NCBI GenBank assembly: GCA_964572615.1
Contig: CAZNGJ010000002.1
Coordinates: 1 to 63,497 of the forward strand
Direction: 5' to 3'
Length of the DNA: 63,497 nt
Source of the DNA: an uncultured Bacteroides sp.
GTDB taxonomy: Bacteria > Bacteroidota > Bacteroidia > Bacteroidales > Muribaculaceae
Shown: positions 10,444-20,968 of the stretch, piece after piece
How positions within the stretch are numbered: position 1 is the stretch's first letter
Layout of the letters: every line of letters begins with the position of its first letter
Notes under the pieces: model-generated
The model's database searches: none
What the model saw: only the letters and a program-made list of their open reading frames with translations
What the model was told of the DNA's origin: nothing
Translations under genes and position numbers: made by a program

Positions 10444-10540
10444 CGCAGTTTGTATGTAAATGCTGCAAGATTGCACTTTGATTTTATTATTTTTAACACT
10501 ACAAATGATGCATTTTGCATGTCAGCTTCGTTTAGACTGT

Positions 10541-11134
10541 ATGGCACAAGAAATTGACATTACAAAAATACCGATAGAGGACCACCCCTTCCCTCCTTAT
10601 ATACCCGAGCATGCCAGAGTATTTCTGATGGGTACATTCCCGCCGCAGCCCAAGCGATGGAGTATGGATTTCTACTACCCGAACCGAACAAACGACTTCT
10701 GGCCAATGATGGGGCTGATATTCTGCGGTGACCGACGAGCGCTTTATGCAGAGAATGGTAAAGACTTTGATCTCACTGCCATCAAACAGTTACTCGATGA
10801 ATACGGTATTGCTCTGAACGACACCGGACGGAAAATCCGTCGACTGATGAATAATGCCTCCGACAAGTTTCTCGACATTGTCGAACCGGTTCCGCTTTTT
10901 GAACTTCTTAAGGAAATGCCCGAGTGCCATACCGTTGGCACTACAGGAGAGAAAGCTGCACAGGTTATAGCAGATTTGACGAATAGCGAACCCCCTAAAA
11001 TGGGCGAGTGCATAGTTACATCAGGCGGTTTACACCACTGGCGTATGCCATCAACGTCGCGCGCATATCCCCTTGCCCTCGAAAAGAAAGCGGCATACTA
11101 CGAAACTATGTTCCGCGATGCCGGCTTACTGTAA
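10541..11134 (+). CDS. Uracil-DNA glycosylase superfamily protein
   Basis: Likely start MAQEID; HPF, MGTFPP, FYYPN, DFW and MPSTSRA motifs. Confidence 0.82.
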   Translation: MAQEIDITKIPIEDHPFPPYIPEHARVFLMGTFPPQPKRWSMDFYYPNRTNDFWPMMGLIFCGDRRALYAENGKDFDLTAIKQLLDEYGIALNDTGRKIRRLMNNASDKFLDIVEPVPLFELLKEMPECHTVGTTGEKAAQVIADLTNSEPPKMGECIVTSGGLHHWRMPSTSRAYPLALEKKAAYYETMFRDAGLL

Positions 11135-11155
11135 GATCATAGGGGGATGGGTCAA

Positions 11156-11776
11156 TCAGAAGAAGTAGACTACGCGCACGTTCCATTGGCGCGACTGAGC
11201 ACTGAACTCGTCAAGCAACTTGGTCTTTAGCGCGTATGTCATACCCCAGGTATAACCTGCAGTAACTTGCCACCGACGGTAAATCTCGGCGCCGATACCG
11301 ACAGTCAGACCGAGGTCACCCCCCGAGTACTTAAAGGCATCGCACTTACCATGGGCCACCTGTATATCGAACTCCGGACCTCCGTATACAATAGGAGCTA
11401 TCTTGTCCTCGATTCCGTTGAGACGAGTGTACTTAAGTCGCAGATGGATAGGTATATTGATGTTGTGCAGATAGACGTGTTCGTTGCCATAGCCAAGTGA
11501 CGACCATACCTTGCGTGATCCTAAGTCAACAAGAGCGCCCTGTTGATTGTACAGCAAGCCGAGGTCGATACCAATGCCGATACCGGGAAAGATGGTTTCA
11601 CCGACAACACCTGCAGAATATCCTACTACGTTCGACACCGGAACAAGATCCTGTTTGAACTTTAGCGTGTTGATGTTGACGCCGGCGGTTGCGCCCCAGC
11701 GCATACGTGCCGATGCGTCGAACGTTACGAGGGTCATTACACCTACGAGAGCGGCAAGTAATATTTTCTTAATCAT
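11156..11776 (-). CDS. Outer-membrane beta-barrel (porin family) protein
   Basis: Signal peptide, amphipathic beta strands and a C-terminal VVYFF. Confidence 0.8.
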   Translation of the reverse strand: MIKKILLAALVGVMTLVTFDASARMRWGATAGVNINTLKFKQDLVPVSNVVGYSAGVVGETIFPGIGIGIDLGLLYNQQGALVDLGSRKVWSSLGYGNEHVYLHNINIPIHLRLKYTRLNGIEDKIAPIVYGGPEFDIQVAHGKCDAFKYSGGDLGLTVGIGAEIYRRWQVTAGYTWGMTYALKTKLLDEFSAQSRQWNVRVVYFF

Positions 11777-11791
11777 TTCAGTATCGGGGAA

Positions 11792-13159
11792 TTATTGTTT
11801 CTTGAAAAATGATTCTACATCCGCGAAAGGTACTACCGTCTGTGTACCCGCATCCATATCCTTGATGGTAACAGTACCGTCAGCCAATTCGGTAGATCCG
11901 ATAATGGCCACATAACGCACACCGCAGTCATTGGCGTATGTCATCTGCTTCTTCATCTTGGCCGCGTCCGGATAGATCTCTGCAGAAATTCCGGCATGAC
12001 GCAGAACTTTGATAAGCGACATAGCCTTGGTGGCTTCTGCTTCTCCGAGGTTAAGGAACATTACATCGGTGGAACGGAGTGTCTCCTCGGGATATAGATT
12101 TAGGGTGTTGAGCACATCGTAGATGCGGTCGGCTCCAAACGAGATTCCGACGCCGCTTACACCCGGCATACCAAAAACGCCTGTCAAGTTGTCGTATCGG
12201 CCACCGCCTGTAATCGAGCCGATGACTACATCGAGAGCTTTAACCTCGATTATGGCGCCGGTATAGTAATTGAGACCACGTGCCAGCGAGACGTCAAGAT
12301 CCAACTGAGCGTTCAGCCCTAATGCGCGGGTGTTGTCGACGATGAATGTTAGTTCTTCAACGCCTTTCATGCCCGTTTCGGAATCGGCAAGAAGAGTGCG
12401 GAGCTGAGTAAGTCGCTCGTCGATAGTGCCCGTGATGGAAAGAATGGGTTTGAGTCGCGCAATAGCTTCGTCGGTGAGTCCGCGCTCAGTCAGCTCGGCA
12501 ACCACACCATCCATACCGATCTTATCAATCTTGTCGATTGCCACCGTGATGTCTACTATCTTGTCTGGCACACCGAGCAGCTCGGCAATTCCTGCAAGTA
12601 CTTTTCGGTTATTCAGCTTTATGGCAACATTAATGCGCAACCTGCTGAAAACCATGTCGATGAGTTGGAGCAGCTCGACCTCGTTCAGAAGTGAGTCGGA
12701 ACCGACAACGTCGGCATCACATTGGTAAAATTCGCGGTAACGGCCTTTCTGCGGACGGTCGGCACGCCATACGGGTTGTATCTGATAGCGCTTGAAAGGG
12801 AATTGGATTTCGTTGCGGTGTTGTACGACATAGCGTGCGAACGGAACTGTAAGATCGTATCTTAAGCCTTTCTCCGAAACCTTTGATGTGAGGGCAGCCG
12901 CGCGGTCGCTCTCTACATCCTCCGGAGTCAGTGACGACAACCAGTTACCTGAATTAAGAATCTTGAACAAAAGCTTATCGCCTTCGTCGCCATACTTTCC
13001 CATCAGTGTAGAAAGGTTCTCCATTGACGGGGTTTCGATGGAGCGGTAGCCGAACAGTGCGAAAACTTCGCGTATAGTATTGAAAATATAATTACGGCGA
13101 GCCATCTCGACGGGAGAGAAGTCGCGGGTGCCTTTTGGAATTGACGGTTTTTGTGCCAT
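11792..13159 (-). CDS. hisS: Histidine--tRNA ligase
   Basis: [39 protein letters not shown]. Confidence 0.99.
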   Translation of the reverse strand: MAQKPSIPKGTRDFSPVEMARRNYIFNTIREVFALFGYRSIETPSMENLSTLMGKYGDEGDKLLFKILNSGNWLSSLTPEDVESDRAAALTSKVSEKGLRYDLTVPFARYVVQHRNEIQFPFKRYQIQPVWRADRPQKGRYREFYQCDADVVGSDSLLNEVELLQLIDMVFSRLRINVAIKLNNRKVLAGIAELLGVPDKIVDITVAIDKIDKIGMDGVVAELTERGLTDEAIARLKPILSITGTIDERLTQLRTLLADSETGMKGVEELTFIVDNTRALGLNAQLDLDVSLARGLNYYTGAIIEVKALDVVIGSITGGGRYDNLTGVFGMPGVSGVGISFGADRIYDVLNTLNLYPEETLRSTDVMFLNLGEAEATKAMSLIKVLRHAGISAEIYPDAAKMKKQMTYANDCGVRYVAIIGSTELADGTVTIKDMDAGTQTVVPFADVESFFKKQ

Positions 13160-13192
13160 TAGTTAACTGAATAATCTTGAATTTTCAAGATG

Positions 13193-13200
13193 CAAATTTA
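13193..13200 (-). promoter_or_regulatory. -7 promoter element for hisS
   Basis: TAAATTTG consensus match. Confidence 0.65.
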
Positions 13201-13231
13201 GGTATAAATATCAATATGCCAAAATCGGAGT

Positions 13232-14017
13232 TTAGACGAAGTGGAATTTGTCGGCGTCGGCATTGACCGGAAAACCCTTTCGGATGGCATTAAGTCGATC
13301 TCGATCCATGTCAGCTTCGATGCATGCGCTACCCTCAGCTATCTCATGTCCGATCGGTTTGCCCAGGTAATTATATATAAATGTCTGACCGTCGTACTCG
13401 CCGCTGTCGTCTCGGCCCGCGCGATTGCATCCTACAACGTATGCCTGGTTCTCGATGGCACGGGCTATGAGCAGATGCTGCCATGCGTAACTGCGCTTAA
13501 CCGGCCAGTTGGCAGGAACGAGCAAGACATCGTAGGCGTTGTCGATATTGCGGAGCCACGCCGGGAAGCGGAGGTCGTAGCAAATAGCCAAGGCTATATT
13601 CCATCCGCGGAAACGCACTATGGGAATCCGCTGAGTGCCACGAGCGAAATTCTGAGCCTCAGAACTCAGGCCAAACAGGTGAGATTTGTCATAGAAGGCT
13701 GACTCTCCGGATGGTTCGATGAAAAAACCTCGGTTATATACCTTGTCATTTTCAAGAAATAACACCGATCCGGCAATGGCGAAGTTGTACTTTTCTGACC
13801 ATTTGCGCAATGTATCAATAGTCTTTTGACCTTGTGCAGCAAAACGGTACAGTAAATCGGGCGTAGATATGAAGCCGGTAGAGAATAACTCGGGCAGTAC
13901 AACGACATCGACATTCTTACCCAAAGAATCAAGTATGCGCGACGTTGCATATATATTCTCATCAATATCCGTCCATACGATATCGAGAGGTGCGGCTACT
14001 ACCTTAAGATTGTTCAT
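13232..14017 (-). CDS. Nitrilase-family amidohydrolase (omega-amidase YafV-like)
   Basis: Catalytic triad motifs LPELF, YDKSHLF, ICYDLRFP; RAIENQ. Confidence 0.9.
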   Translation of the reverse strand: MNNLKVVAAPLDIVWTDIDENIYATSRILDSLGKNVDVVVLPELFSTGFISTPDLLYRFAAQGQKTIDTLRKWSEKYNFAIAGSVLFLENDKVYNRGFFIEPSGESAFYDKSHLFGLSSEAQNFARGTQRIPIVRFRGWNIALAICYDLRFPAWLRNIDNAYDVLLVPANWPVKRSYAWQHLLIARAIENQAYVVGCNRAGRDDSGEYDGQTFIYNYLGKPIGHEIAEGSACIEADMDRDRLNAIRKGFPVNADADKFHFV

Positions 14018-14039
14018 GATTGATTATTAGGGAATACTA

Positions 14040-14585
14040 TCAGTCGGCGGAAAAATTGCTCGGATGTTTACCCACGGCACCACAAGCTCGGTAAAACTTC
14101 TTAATGTCGTCCATGTCAGTATCCGTATCGCCTGACGGGATAAAAGTAGTGTTGACTGTAACTGTCTTGGTGGCAAAATCAATTACACCAAGAGTTATCG
14201 GAATGTTGGCACCGGCAGCGATTCTCAGAAATCCGGTATGCCAACGACTAACCTTTTTGCGTGTGCCTTCGGGGGTAATAGCTATGGCAAGAGTCTCGGA
14301 ATTGTTAAATTTCTGAATCATAGCATCGACCAACGAAGTCGAGCGTTTGCGGTTCACCGGTATGCCACCCATTGCCTTAAGAATCCAACCCAGAGGAGGA
14401 AAGAACCAAAAGGCTTTCATCATGAAGCCGGCATGTCGTCCTACAGCTGCGTAAGCCAACTTGCCGATGAAGAAGTCAAGATTGGAAGTGTGCGGCGCAA
14501 CGCATATAATGACTTTGGGATAATCGGGCACAGTGATATTGACCGACCATCCCATCCATCGGAGTATTCTTTCTGCCGTGTTCAC
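14040..14585 (-). CDS. PlsC-family acyltransferase
   Basis: PHTSNLD (HxxxxD) and ITPEGTR; GTG start. Confidence 0.9.
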   Translation of the reverse strand: MNTAERILRWMGWSVNITVPDYPKVIICVAPHTSNLDFFIGKLAYAAVGRHAGFMMKAFWFFPPLGWILKAMGGIPVNRKRSTSLVDAMIQKFNNSETLAIAITPEGTRKKVSRWHTGFLRIAAGANIPITLGVIDFATKTVTVNTTFIPSGDTDTDMDDIKKFYRACGAVGKHPSNFSAD

Positions 14586-14600
14586 AGTAAGACGGATAGC

Positions 14601-14945
14601 TTAACCGTTGACGGCAGCTTTGTTGGCTTCGCGCTGTTCGGCAGTAAGGGCTGCATTGATTTCGGCAACTATCTTGTTAAGCTCGGCTGTGAAATCGGTG
14701 TGAAGCTTGGCGTAAGCAGCGCGGGTATATTTATTACGAGCCTTGTTGTATTCCTTACCCGATTCAAAGTCGGCATGCGAACGATCAAAACCAAAGGTGA
14801 CATTTGCCAGCGAGTGGCTTTGAAGCGACGCAAGCTTGATAACAGTTTTGCGCGCCAGATCTTCGGGTAAGTTCATGAGAACTTCGACGGCTGCTTCGCC
14901 GCATACTTGCTGAATACGTTTTTTGAGAGCACGTTTATTTGCCAT
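14601..14945 (-). CDS. Hypothetical protein
   Basis: 114 aa helical ORF that fits the operon orientation and has an AT-rich upstream region. Confidence 0.75.
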   Translation of the reverse strand: MANKRALKKRIQQVCGEAAVEVLMNLPEDLARKTVIKLASLQSHSLANVTFGFDRSHADFESGKEYNKARNKYTRAAYAKLHTDFTAELNKIVAEINAALTAEQREANKAAVNG

Positions 14946-14986
14946 AATGTATTGATATTAGAAGGAAAATCAAATATAGTTTTGGA

Positions 14987-16303
14987 TTAAATGCCGTTGG
15001 CTTCCTTGATGATTTGCTTTAACGACGAATAAATGGGTTTGATGCGAATCCGGTGATCCTGACGGCCCATAAAGCGATTCAACTGGAGCGGCATTTCGAT
15101 GGGTCGACCTGTTATTGCAGACATGGCAGTAAGACTTTTCGCAGGATGCGCTGTTGCGAGAATCAGCCCGGATTCATCGCCGCGCAACCGGTGGTGTAGA
15201 CCGTAGTATGCCATGGCGGAGTGGGGATCAAGAAGGTAATTATGCTCGGCTTTACATTCATTAATCGCTTCGATGATGTCTGCATCTTTGACAGAAACAG
15301 GTGTGACGTCCTTCTCCAATTGCTCGATATTGTCTCCGTAGAGATCAAGAATACGCTCGATATTGGTAGGCACGGATTTGTCGGCTGCGTAAGCCAGGGT
15401 GGGGATGGCAGGTCGCGGAGCGAAGTCTTCGTCGAGCAAAGCACGAGTGAGATAGTCGTTCGAGTTTTCGCATGCTATAAACCGACCGATCTCGAGCCCC
15501 ATCTTTTTTGCGAGAACTCCGGCCGTGAGGTTTCCGAGATTGCCGCAAGGAACTGCAACTGCTATCGACTTGCCATGGCTCCCCGCCTTAGCAAGCATAC
15601 GGGAAACGGCATAGAAGTAGTAAACCGTCTGACCCAAAAGTCGGGCAATGTTACCGGAGTTACCTGACAACATAATCAGTCTGTCATTCAACTCCTTATC
15701 TCCGATGGCTGTTGCGACGAGAGTCTGACAGGCATCTATGGATCCACTAACCTCGACGGGAATGATATTTCGACCCGGGGTGGTGAATTGATTCTCGAGT
15801 GCTCGGGTTGCCGTACCTCTCGGAAATACTATAAATACATTGATGTTTTTAGCGCCTGCCAATGCGTTAGCCATGGCGCTCCCTGTATTGCCGGTCGTGG
15901 CTATCAGGACATTGAGTTTACCGTCAGTGACGGTGGCAGCAGTAGCTTCGAGCAAACGCGCTGTGGCGCGCGCTCCAAAATCCTTAAAGGCCAGTGTCGG
16001 GCCCTCAAATAGTTCGATCACCGTAGCATTGTCGCTCAAATCGACCATCGGTGCGTTAAAATTGTAGGCTCGTTCGACAATATCTTTAATCTCAGCCGAA
16101 GAAAATTCGTCACCGATAGCAGCCTTAAATACGACATAACCGATCTCGGCCATACTCATATCGGCCATATTGGCCAGTACGGCTTTAGGCAGAACAGGTA
16201 TAGATTCAGGCATGTACAGACCTCCGTCGGGTGCATTGGGATGCCATAGTGCATCAACAAATGTCGTTTGGGGGGAGTTATGTCGTGTGCTGGTATATTT
16301 CAT
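14987..16303 (-). CDS. thrC: Threonine synthase-like PLP enzyme (divergent)
   Basis: APDGGLYMP, GPTLAFKDFG (PLP lysine), LDPH and TAHPAK; several other motifs are altered. Confidence 0.82.
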   Translation of the reverse strand: MKYTSTRHNSPQTTFVDALWHPNAPDGGLYMPESIPVLPKAVLANMADMSMAEIGYVVFKAAIGDEFSSAEIKDIVERAYNFNAPMVDLSDNATVIELFEGPTLAFKDFGARATARLLEATAATVTDGKLNVLIATTGNTGSAMANALAGAKNINVFIVFPRGTATRALENQFTTPGRNIIPVEVSGSIDACQTLVATAIGDKELNDRLIMLSGNSGNIARLLGQTVYYFYAVSRMLAKAGSHGKSIAVAVPCGNLGNLTAGVLAKKMGLEIGRFIACENSNDYLTRALLDEDFAPRPAIPTLAYAADKSVPTNIERILDLYGDNIEQLEKDVTPVSVKDADIIEAINECKAEHNYLLDPHSAMAYYGLHHRLRGDESGLILATAHPAKSLTAMSAITGRPIEMPLQLNRFMGRQDHRIRIKPIYSSLKQIIKEANGI

Positions 16304-16329
16304 CCTTTAGGGCTCGTATTTATGTAGTG

Positions 16330-16357
16330 CAAAATTAGAAAAAAAATAGTAACTTTG
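16330..16357. promoter_or_regulatory. Back-to-back divergent -7 promoter elements
   Basis: TAATTTTG (minus, 16330-16337) and TAACTTTG (plus, 16350-16357) are 12 bp apart. Confidence 0.7.
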
Positions 16358-16414
16358 CACTGTCGTTATTGTGAATAAAACGTAAAATATGACCTTAATA
16401 TTATACAGGCAGAA

Positions 16415-17269
16415 ATGAAACACATAAAAGATATTGAAATTGGAGGCGAACGACCGTTTTTTGCCGAGCAGGACCTGAAATTGGACAACGTACACATAGG
16501 CGTCGGCGAATCCGCATTGAAGCGTTGCCACAACATCGAAGCGACTAACTGTATTTTTGACGGTAAATATCCGTTCTGGCACACTGAGAACTTCTCGGTG
16601 GACAATTGCACATTCCACACCGGAGCTCAAGCTGCCCTTTGGTACAGTAAGGGTTGCAAAATGACCGATTGTATAGTCGAAGCACCGAAAATGTTTCGTG
16701 AGATGGATGGAATTGTGGTCGTCAATACCGATTTTCCCGATGGAGAAGAGATGTTATGGCATTGTCGCAACGTCCGTTTGCACAACGTGCGAATTGACCG
16801 CTGTGACTATCTGTTTATGCACTCTTCTGATATAGAAATAGCTGAATATGAGCAGCATGGCAACTATTCTTTCCAGTATTGCAAGAATGTAAATATTGCT
16901 AATGCCAAAATATTCAGCAAGGACGCTTTCTGGAACACTGAAAACGTAACGGTGCGTGACAGCGAGCTGCACGGTGAGTATCTCGGGTGGCATTCTCGCA
17001 ACCTGACTCTTATCAATTGCCACATTACCGGAACTCAACCCTTGTGTTACGCACACAACCTCACTCTAATTAACTGCACCTTTGGCGACGATGCTGATTT
17101 GGCTTTTGAGGAGTCGTCGTTGAATGCCGAGATCATATCGCCGATTGTCAGTGTCAAGAATCCTACCACAGGGCGTATATCGGCACCGGCAATCGGAGAA
17201 ATCATCATCGACGAAAACGTTCAGGCTCCCGCTGATTGCGTCATCGACATAACCGGAGCGAAAGTATAA
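16415..17269 (+). CDS. DUF3737 family protein (beta-helix repeat)
   Basis: GERPFF, GESALK, GKYPFWH, APKMFRE, SKDAFW, GEYLGWHS, GTQPLCY. Confidence 0.9.
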   Translation: MKHIKDIEIGGERPFFAEQDLKLDNVHIGVGESALKRCHNIEATNCIFDGKYPFWHTENFSVDNCTFHTGAQAALWYSKGCKMTDCIVEAPKMFREMDGIVVVNTDFPDGEEMLWHCRNVRLHNVRIDRCDYLFMHSSDIEIAEYEQHGNYSFQYCKNVNIANAKIFSKDAFWNTENVTVRDSELHGEYLGWHSRNLTLINCHITGTQPLCYAHNLTLINCTFGDDADLAFEESSLNAEIISPIVSVKNPTTGRISAPAIGEIIIDENVQAPADCVIDITGAKV

Positions 17270-17276
17270 CAACGAG

Positions 17277-18764
17277 GTGAGCAGCAAGAATCTAAATCTG
17301 TCAGACGAGATTAACTCGGGGAGAATCGATTCCCTGAGGTCGAAGCTGCGGCTGATTGTGCAGTTGAGTTGGCCGGCTGTAATGGCGCAGTTGTCCACCA
17401 TCCTTATGGAGTATATCGATGCTTCGATGGTGGGACGTCTCGGTGCAGCCCCGGCGGCTTCGATTGGTCTAGTTGCCACAACGACATGGCTATTCTGGGG
17501 ATTAGGGACTGCCACCGGCACGGGTTATGCCGTCCAAGTGGCACACCTCATTGGCGGAACTCGCGACAATGAGGCACGTGACGTGCTTCGTCAAGCGATA
17601 ATCGTCGTTCTGGGACTTGCTATAGTTCTTGCTACCATTGGGGTCGCCATTTCTCCCCATTTGCCACATTGGTTAGGCGGGAATCCCGAAATAATCGAAG
17701 GTAGTACGTCGTACTTTTCTATTTTCGCTATTTCGCTACCCATGCTGTTCATGAATTATCTGGCAGCCTCGATGTTGCGGTGTAGCGGCAATATGCTGAT
17801 TCCCGGCATGATGAACGTTGTGATGTGCCTACTTGACGTCGTATTCAACTTCTTTCTGATTTTTCCGACGCGCGAACTTTCCGTTCTCAACACCACTCTT
17901 AGTGTACCCGGGGCCGGATTGGGTGTGACGGGCGCAGCACTTGGCACATTGTTTGCCGAAATCGTTTCGGGTAGCATAATGATTTATTATCTTTTATACC
18001 GCTCCAAGCGACTTTCCCACCCGGCGCGCGGTGTTCAGAAGGTAATGAAACTGTCCGGCCGAACTGTCCGGCGAGCCTGTACAATTTCATGGCCGTTGGC
18101 TCTGGAACGCGTCGTGATGTGCGGTGCACAGATTTTTATTACAGCAATTGTCGCACCGTTAGGGACAGCTGCTATTGCTGCTAACTCTTTCGGTATCACA
18201 GCCGAAAGTCTGTGCTACATGCCAGGTTATGGTATAAGTGATGCATCAACAACCCTTGTGGGGCAAAGCTTGGGAGCTGGAAAACGTGACCTCGCCCGCA
18301 GTTTCGGAAGAATTACTATATTCTTGGGTATGTCGGTGATGGCCATACTCGGTCTGGTGATGTGGATATTTGCACCTGACATGATGAGCTTCTTTTCCTC
18401 GGACAGTAATATAATCAGTCTTGGCACAACTGCACTGCGCACCGCGGCGTGGGCCGAACCGATGTTCGGAGCAGCCATCGTGACGTACGGTATTTTCATA
18501 GGTGCAGGTTACACCGTCACTCCGGCTGTTATAAACTTCTCGTGCATCTGGGGTGTACGTATCACCTTGTCATTATGTCTTGCTTCCACCCTTGGACTTT
18601 TCGGTGTGTGGCTGGCAATGGCCATCGAGCTTGCTGTCCGCGGCTCGGTATTCCTGTTCTTCTTCTTCCGTGGTCATTGGTTGCACAAAGCAATCGAGAT
18701 TAAGCCGGTAAATGAAGAGGTAGTCAGGCAGGCAATTGAACAACCGGACGAGTTTGAGCTTTGA
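17277..18764 (+). CDS. MATE family efflux transporter
   Basis: IDASMVGRLG, GVTGAALGT, LVGQSLGAG, GVWLAM; about 12 TM segments; GTG start. Confidence 0.92.
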   Translation: MSSKNLNLSDEINSGRIDSLRSKLRLIVQLSWPAVMAQLSTILMEYIDASMVGRLGAAPAASIGLVATTTWLFWGLGTATGTGYAVQVAHLIGGTRDNEARDVLRQAIIVVLGLAIVLATIGVAISPHLPHWLGGNPEIIEGSTSYFSIFAISLPMLFMNYLAASMLRCSGNMLIPGMMNVVMCLLDVVFNFFLIFPTRELSVLNTTLSVPGAGLGVTGAALGTLFAEIVSGSIMIYYLLYRSKRLSHPARGVQKVMKLSGRTVRRACTISWPLALERVVMCGAQIFITAIVAPLGTAAIAANSFGITAESLCYMPGYGISDASTTLVGQSLGAGKRDLARSFGRITIFLGMSVMAILGLVMWIFAPDMMSFFSSDSNIISLGTTALRTAAWAEPMFGAAIVTYGIFIGAGYTVTPAVINFSCIWGVRITLSLCLASTLGLFGVWLAMAIELAVRGSVFLFFFFRGHWLHKAIEIKPVNEEVVRQAIEQPDEFEL

Positions 18765-18795
18765 TTTAAGGAATCGATTGTAAATAATTATCACA

Positions 18796-19968
18796 ATGGA
18801 TTATAAAGTAAACAATAAATTCGATTTTGACACGCCTGTGGAACGCCACGGAACAGACTCGGTAAAATGGGATGAGTGGCCCAACAAGGAGGTTCTGCCG
18901 CTTTGGGTGGCCGATATGGATTTCCGCACTGCTCCTGCAATTATTGACGCTCTCGAAAAGCGCGTGGCGCATGGAGTTTTCGGCTATACACATCCCGGGA
19001 CAGACTATTTTGCCGCTATTGACAAATGGTTTACACGTCGTCACAACTGGTCGATACCGCGTGAAAATATTCTATATACAACCGGTGTGGTCCCGGCGAC
19101 TTCAGCAGTTATCAAAGGCCTTACAAATCCCGGAGACGGTGTTGTTATTCTCACTCCGGTTTATACTTGCTTCTTTTCGTCGATACGTAACAACGGTTGC
19201 GAAATCGTCGAATCGCCCCTGCGTCTTGTTGAGGGTCGCTATATAATCGATTTTGAAAATCTTGAAGAAAAACTATCACGAGATACTACTAAAATCCTGT
19301 TGCTCTGCAATCCTCATAATCCCGGCGGTCGTGTATGGTCGGAAGAAGAACTGAAACACATAGATGCTCTTTGTGCCATGCATAATGTTATTGTACTCTC
19401 CGACGAAATACATTGCGAGATTGTCATGCCGGGAAATAAATATACACCCTTCGCCAATGTTGCCACTCGGCCATACGTGTCAATGATTTCGCCGAGTAAG
19501 GCCTTCAATACAGCCGGATTGCATATTGCCAATATCGTAAGTCCGTCTGCCGAGATACGTGCCAGGATAGACCGCGCTATCAATATCAACGAAACATGCG
19601 ATGTCGGACCGTTTGGTGTAGTTGGTCTGATTGCCGCTTACCGAGACGGTGAAACGTGGCTGGAAGCGATGATCAATTATGTATATGAAAATTACCTTTT
19701 TCTCAAGAACGAGTTGTCCGACGTGTCTGCAATCGAGGTACTGTCTATGGAAGGAACTTACCTTGCGTGGATAGATGTTCATGATGTAGGTATTAAGGTA
19801 GCAGAGATGACCGACAGACTGCGCCGGGAAGCGAAGATTTGGTTTCATCCGGGTACAGCCTACGGCGAGGACGGCGAAGGTTTTATACGTATCAACCTTG
19901 CCACTTCGCGCAGTGTACTTGCCGAAGCATTGCACCGCTTCAAGAATTGGCTGAGAAATAACAGTTAA
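18796..19968 (+). CDS. patB: MalY/PatB cystathionine beta-lyase-like PLP enzyme
   Basis: PLWVADMDF, LCNPHNP, SDEIH, SPSKAFN, EGTYLAW. Confidence 0.92.
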   Translation: MDYKVNNKFDFDTPVERHGTDSVKWDEWPNKEVLPLWVADMDFRTAPAIIDALEKRVAHGVFGYTHPGTDYFAAIDKWFTRRHNWSIPRENILYTTGVVPATSAVIKGLTNPGDGVVILTPVYTCFFSSIRNNGCEIVESPLRLVEGRYIIDFENLEEKLSRDTTKILLLCNPHNPGGRVWSEEELKHIDALCAMHNVIVLSDEIHCEIVMPGNKYTPFANVATRPYVSMISPSKAFNTAGLHIANIVSPSAEIRARIDRAININETCDVGPFGVVGLIAAYRDGETWLEAMINYVYENYLFLKNELSDVSAIEVLSMEGTYLAWIDVHDVGIKVAEMTDRLRREAKIWFHPGTAYGEDGEGFIRINLATSRSVLAEALHRFKNWLRNNS

Positions 19969-20037
19969 ACTATTAAAATAAATATTAAATATCGTAAATT
20001 CACCGATTGCTTAATTGGCTGAACGATTAAATGTTGG

Positions 20038-20045
20038 TATTTTTG
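20038..20045 (+). promoter_or_regulatory. -7 promoter element for the sigma factor gene
   Basis: TATTTTTG consensus match. Confidence 0.55.
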
Positions 20046-20102
20046 TATTGAATTGACCTTGATGTGGACTTGTGTCCATTTACAATACTTGTTTTATCCA
20101 CC

Positions 20103-20960
20103 ATGAGACAACTCAAAATACAGAAATCCATAACGAATCGTGAGACAGCATCTCTCGACCGCTACCTCCAGGAAATAGGTCGAGAAGAACTCTTATCGGT
20201 TGACGAAGAAGTAGAATTAGCTCGTCGCATCAAAGAAGGCGACGAGAAAGCATTGGATCGCCTTACCCGCGGCAATCTTCGTTTTGTTGTGTCCGTGGCT
20301 AAACAGTATCAGAATCAAGGTTTGTCACTCCCGGACCTGATCAACGAAGGCAATCTCGGGCTTATCAAGGCAGCCAGGATGTTCGACGAAACCCGAGGCT
20401 TCAAGTTTATATCGTATGCCGTATGGTGGATTCGCCAATCTATCTTACAGGCACTTGCCGAGCAATCTCGTATTGTCCGCCTGCCGCTCAATCAGGTCGG
20501 TTCATTAAGTCGCATTTCCAAAGCGCTGTCCAAATTTGAACAGAAGCACATGCGCCGTCCCTCACCCGAGGAGTTGTCCGAACTGCTCGACATCCCTGCC
20601 GAAAAGATTGGCGAGACAATGAAGGTGTCGGGGCGAGCTATGTCGGTCGATGCTCCCTTCTCTGAAGGAGAGGAAAATACACTACTCGACGTGCTTGTAG
20701 GCGATAACGAACCGCTGGCCGATGACGGACTCGACCGCGAATCTCTTTGTCACGAGATAGACCGCGTGCTCTCGCAGCTGAACGAGCGCGAACGCGAGAT
20801 TGTCAAGATGTTCTACGGCATAGGTGGTCCCGAAATGAGTCTGGACGAAATCGGCAAGAAGTTCGACTTGACACGCGAGCGAGTTCGACAAATCAAGGAA
20901 AAAGCAATCCGCCATTTGCGCGGACATCGTTCGGATCTGCTCAAGGCATACCTCGGTTAA
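20103..20960 (+). CDS. rpoD: RNA polymerase sigma factor, RpoD/SigA family (Bacteroidota type, no region 1.1)
   Basis: Start [14 protein letters not shown]; [38 protein letters not shown]. Confidence 0.92.
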   Translation: MRQLKIQKSITNRETASLDRYLQEIGREELLSVDEEVELARRIKEGDEKALDRLTRGNLRFVVSVAKQYQNQGLSLPDLINEGNLGLIKAARMFDETRGFKFISYAVWWIRQSILQALAEQSRIVRLPLNQVGSLSRISKALSKFEQKHMRRPSPEELSELLDIPAEKIGETMKVSGRAMSVDAPFSEGEENTLLDVLVGDNEPLADDGLDRESLCHEIDRVLSQLNEREREIVKMFYGIGGPEMSLDEIGKKFDLTRERVRQIKEKAIRHLRGHRSDLLKAYLG

Positions 20961-20968
20961 AAATCATT

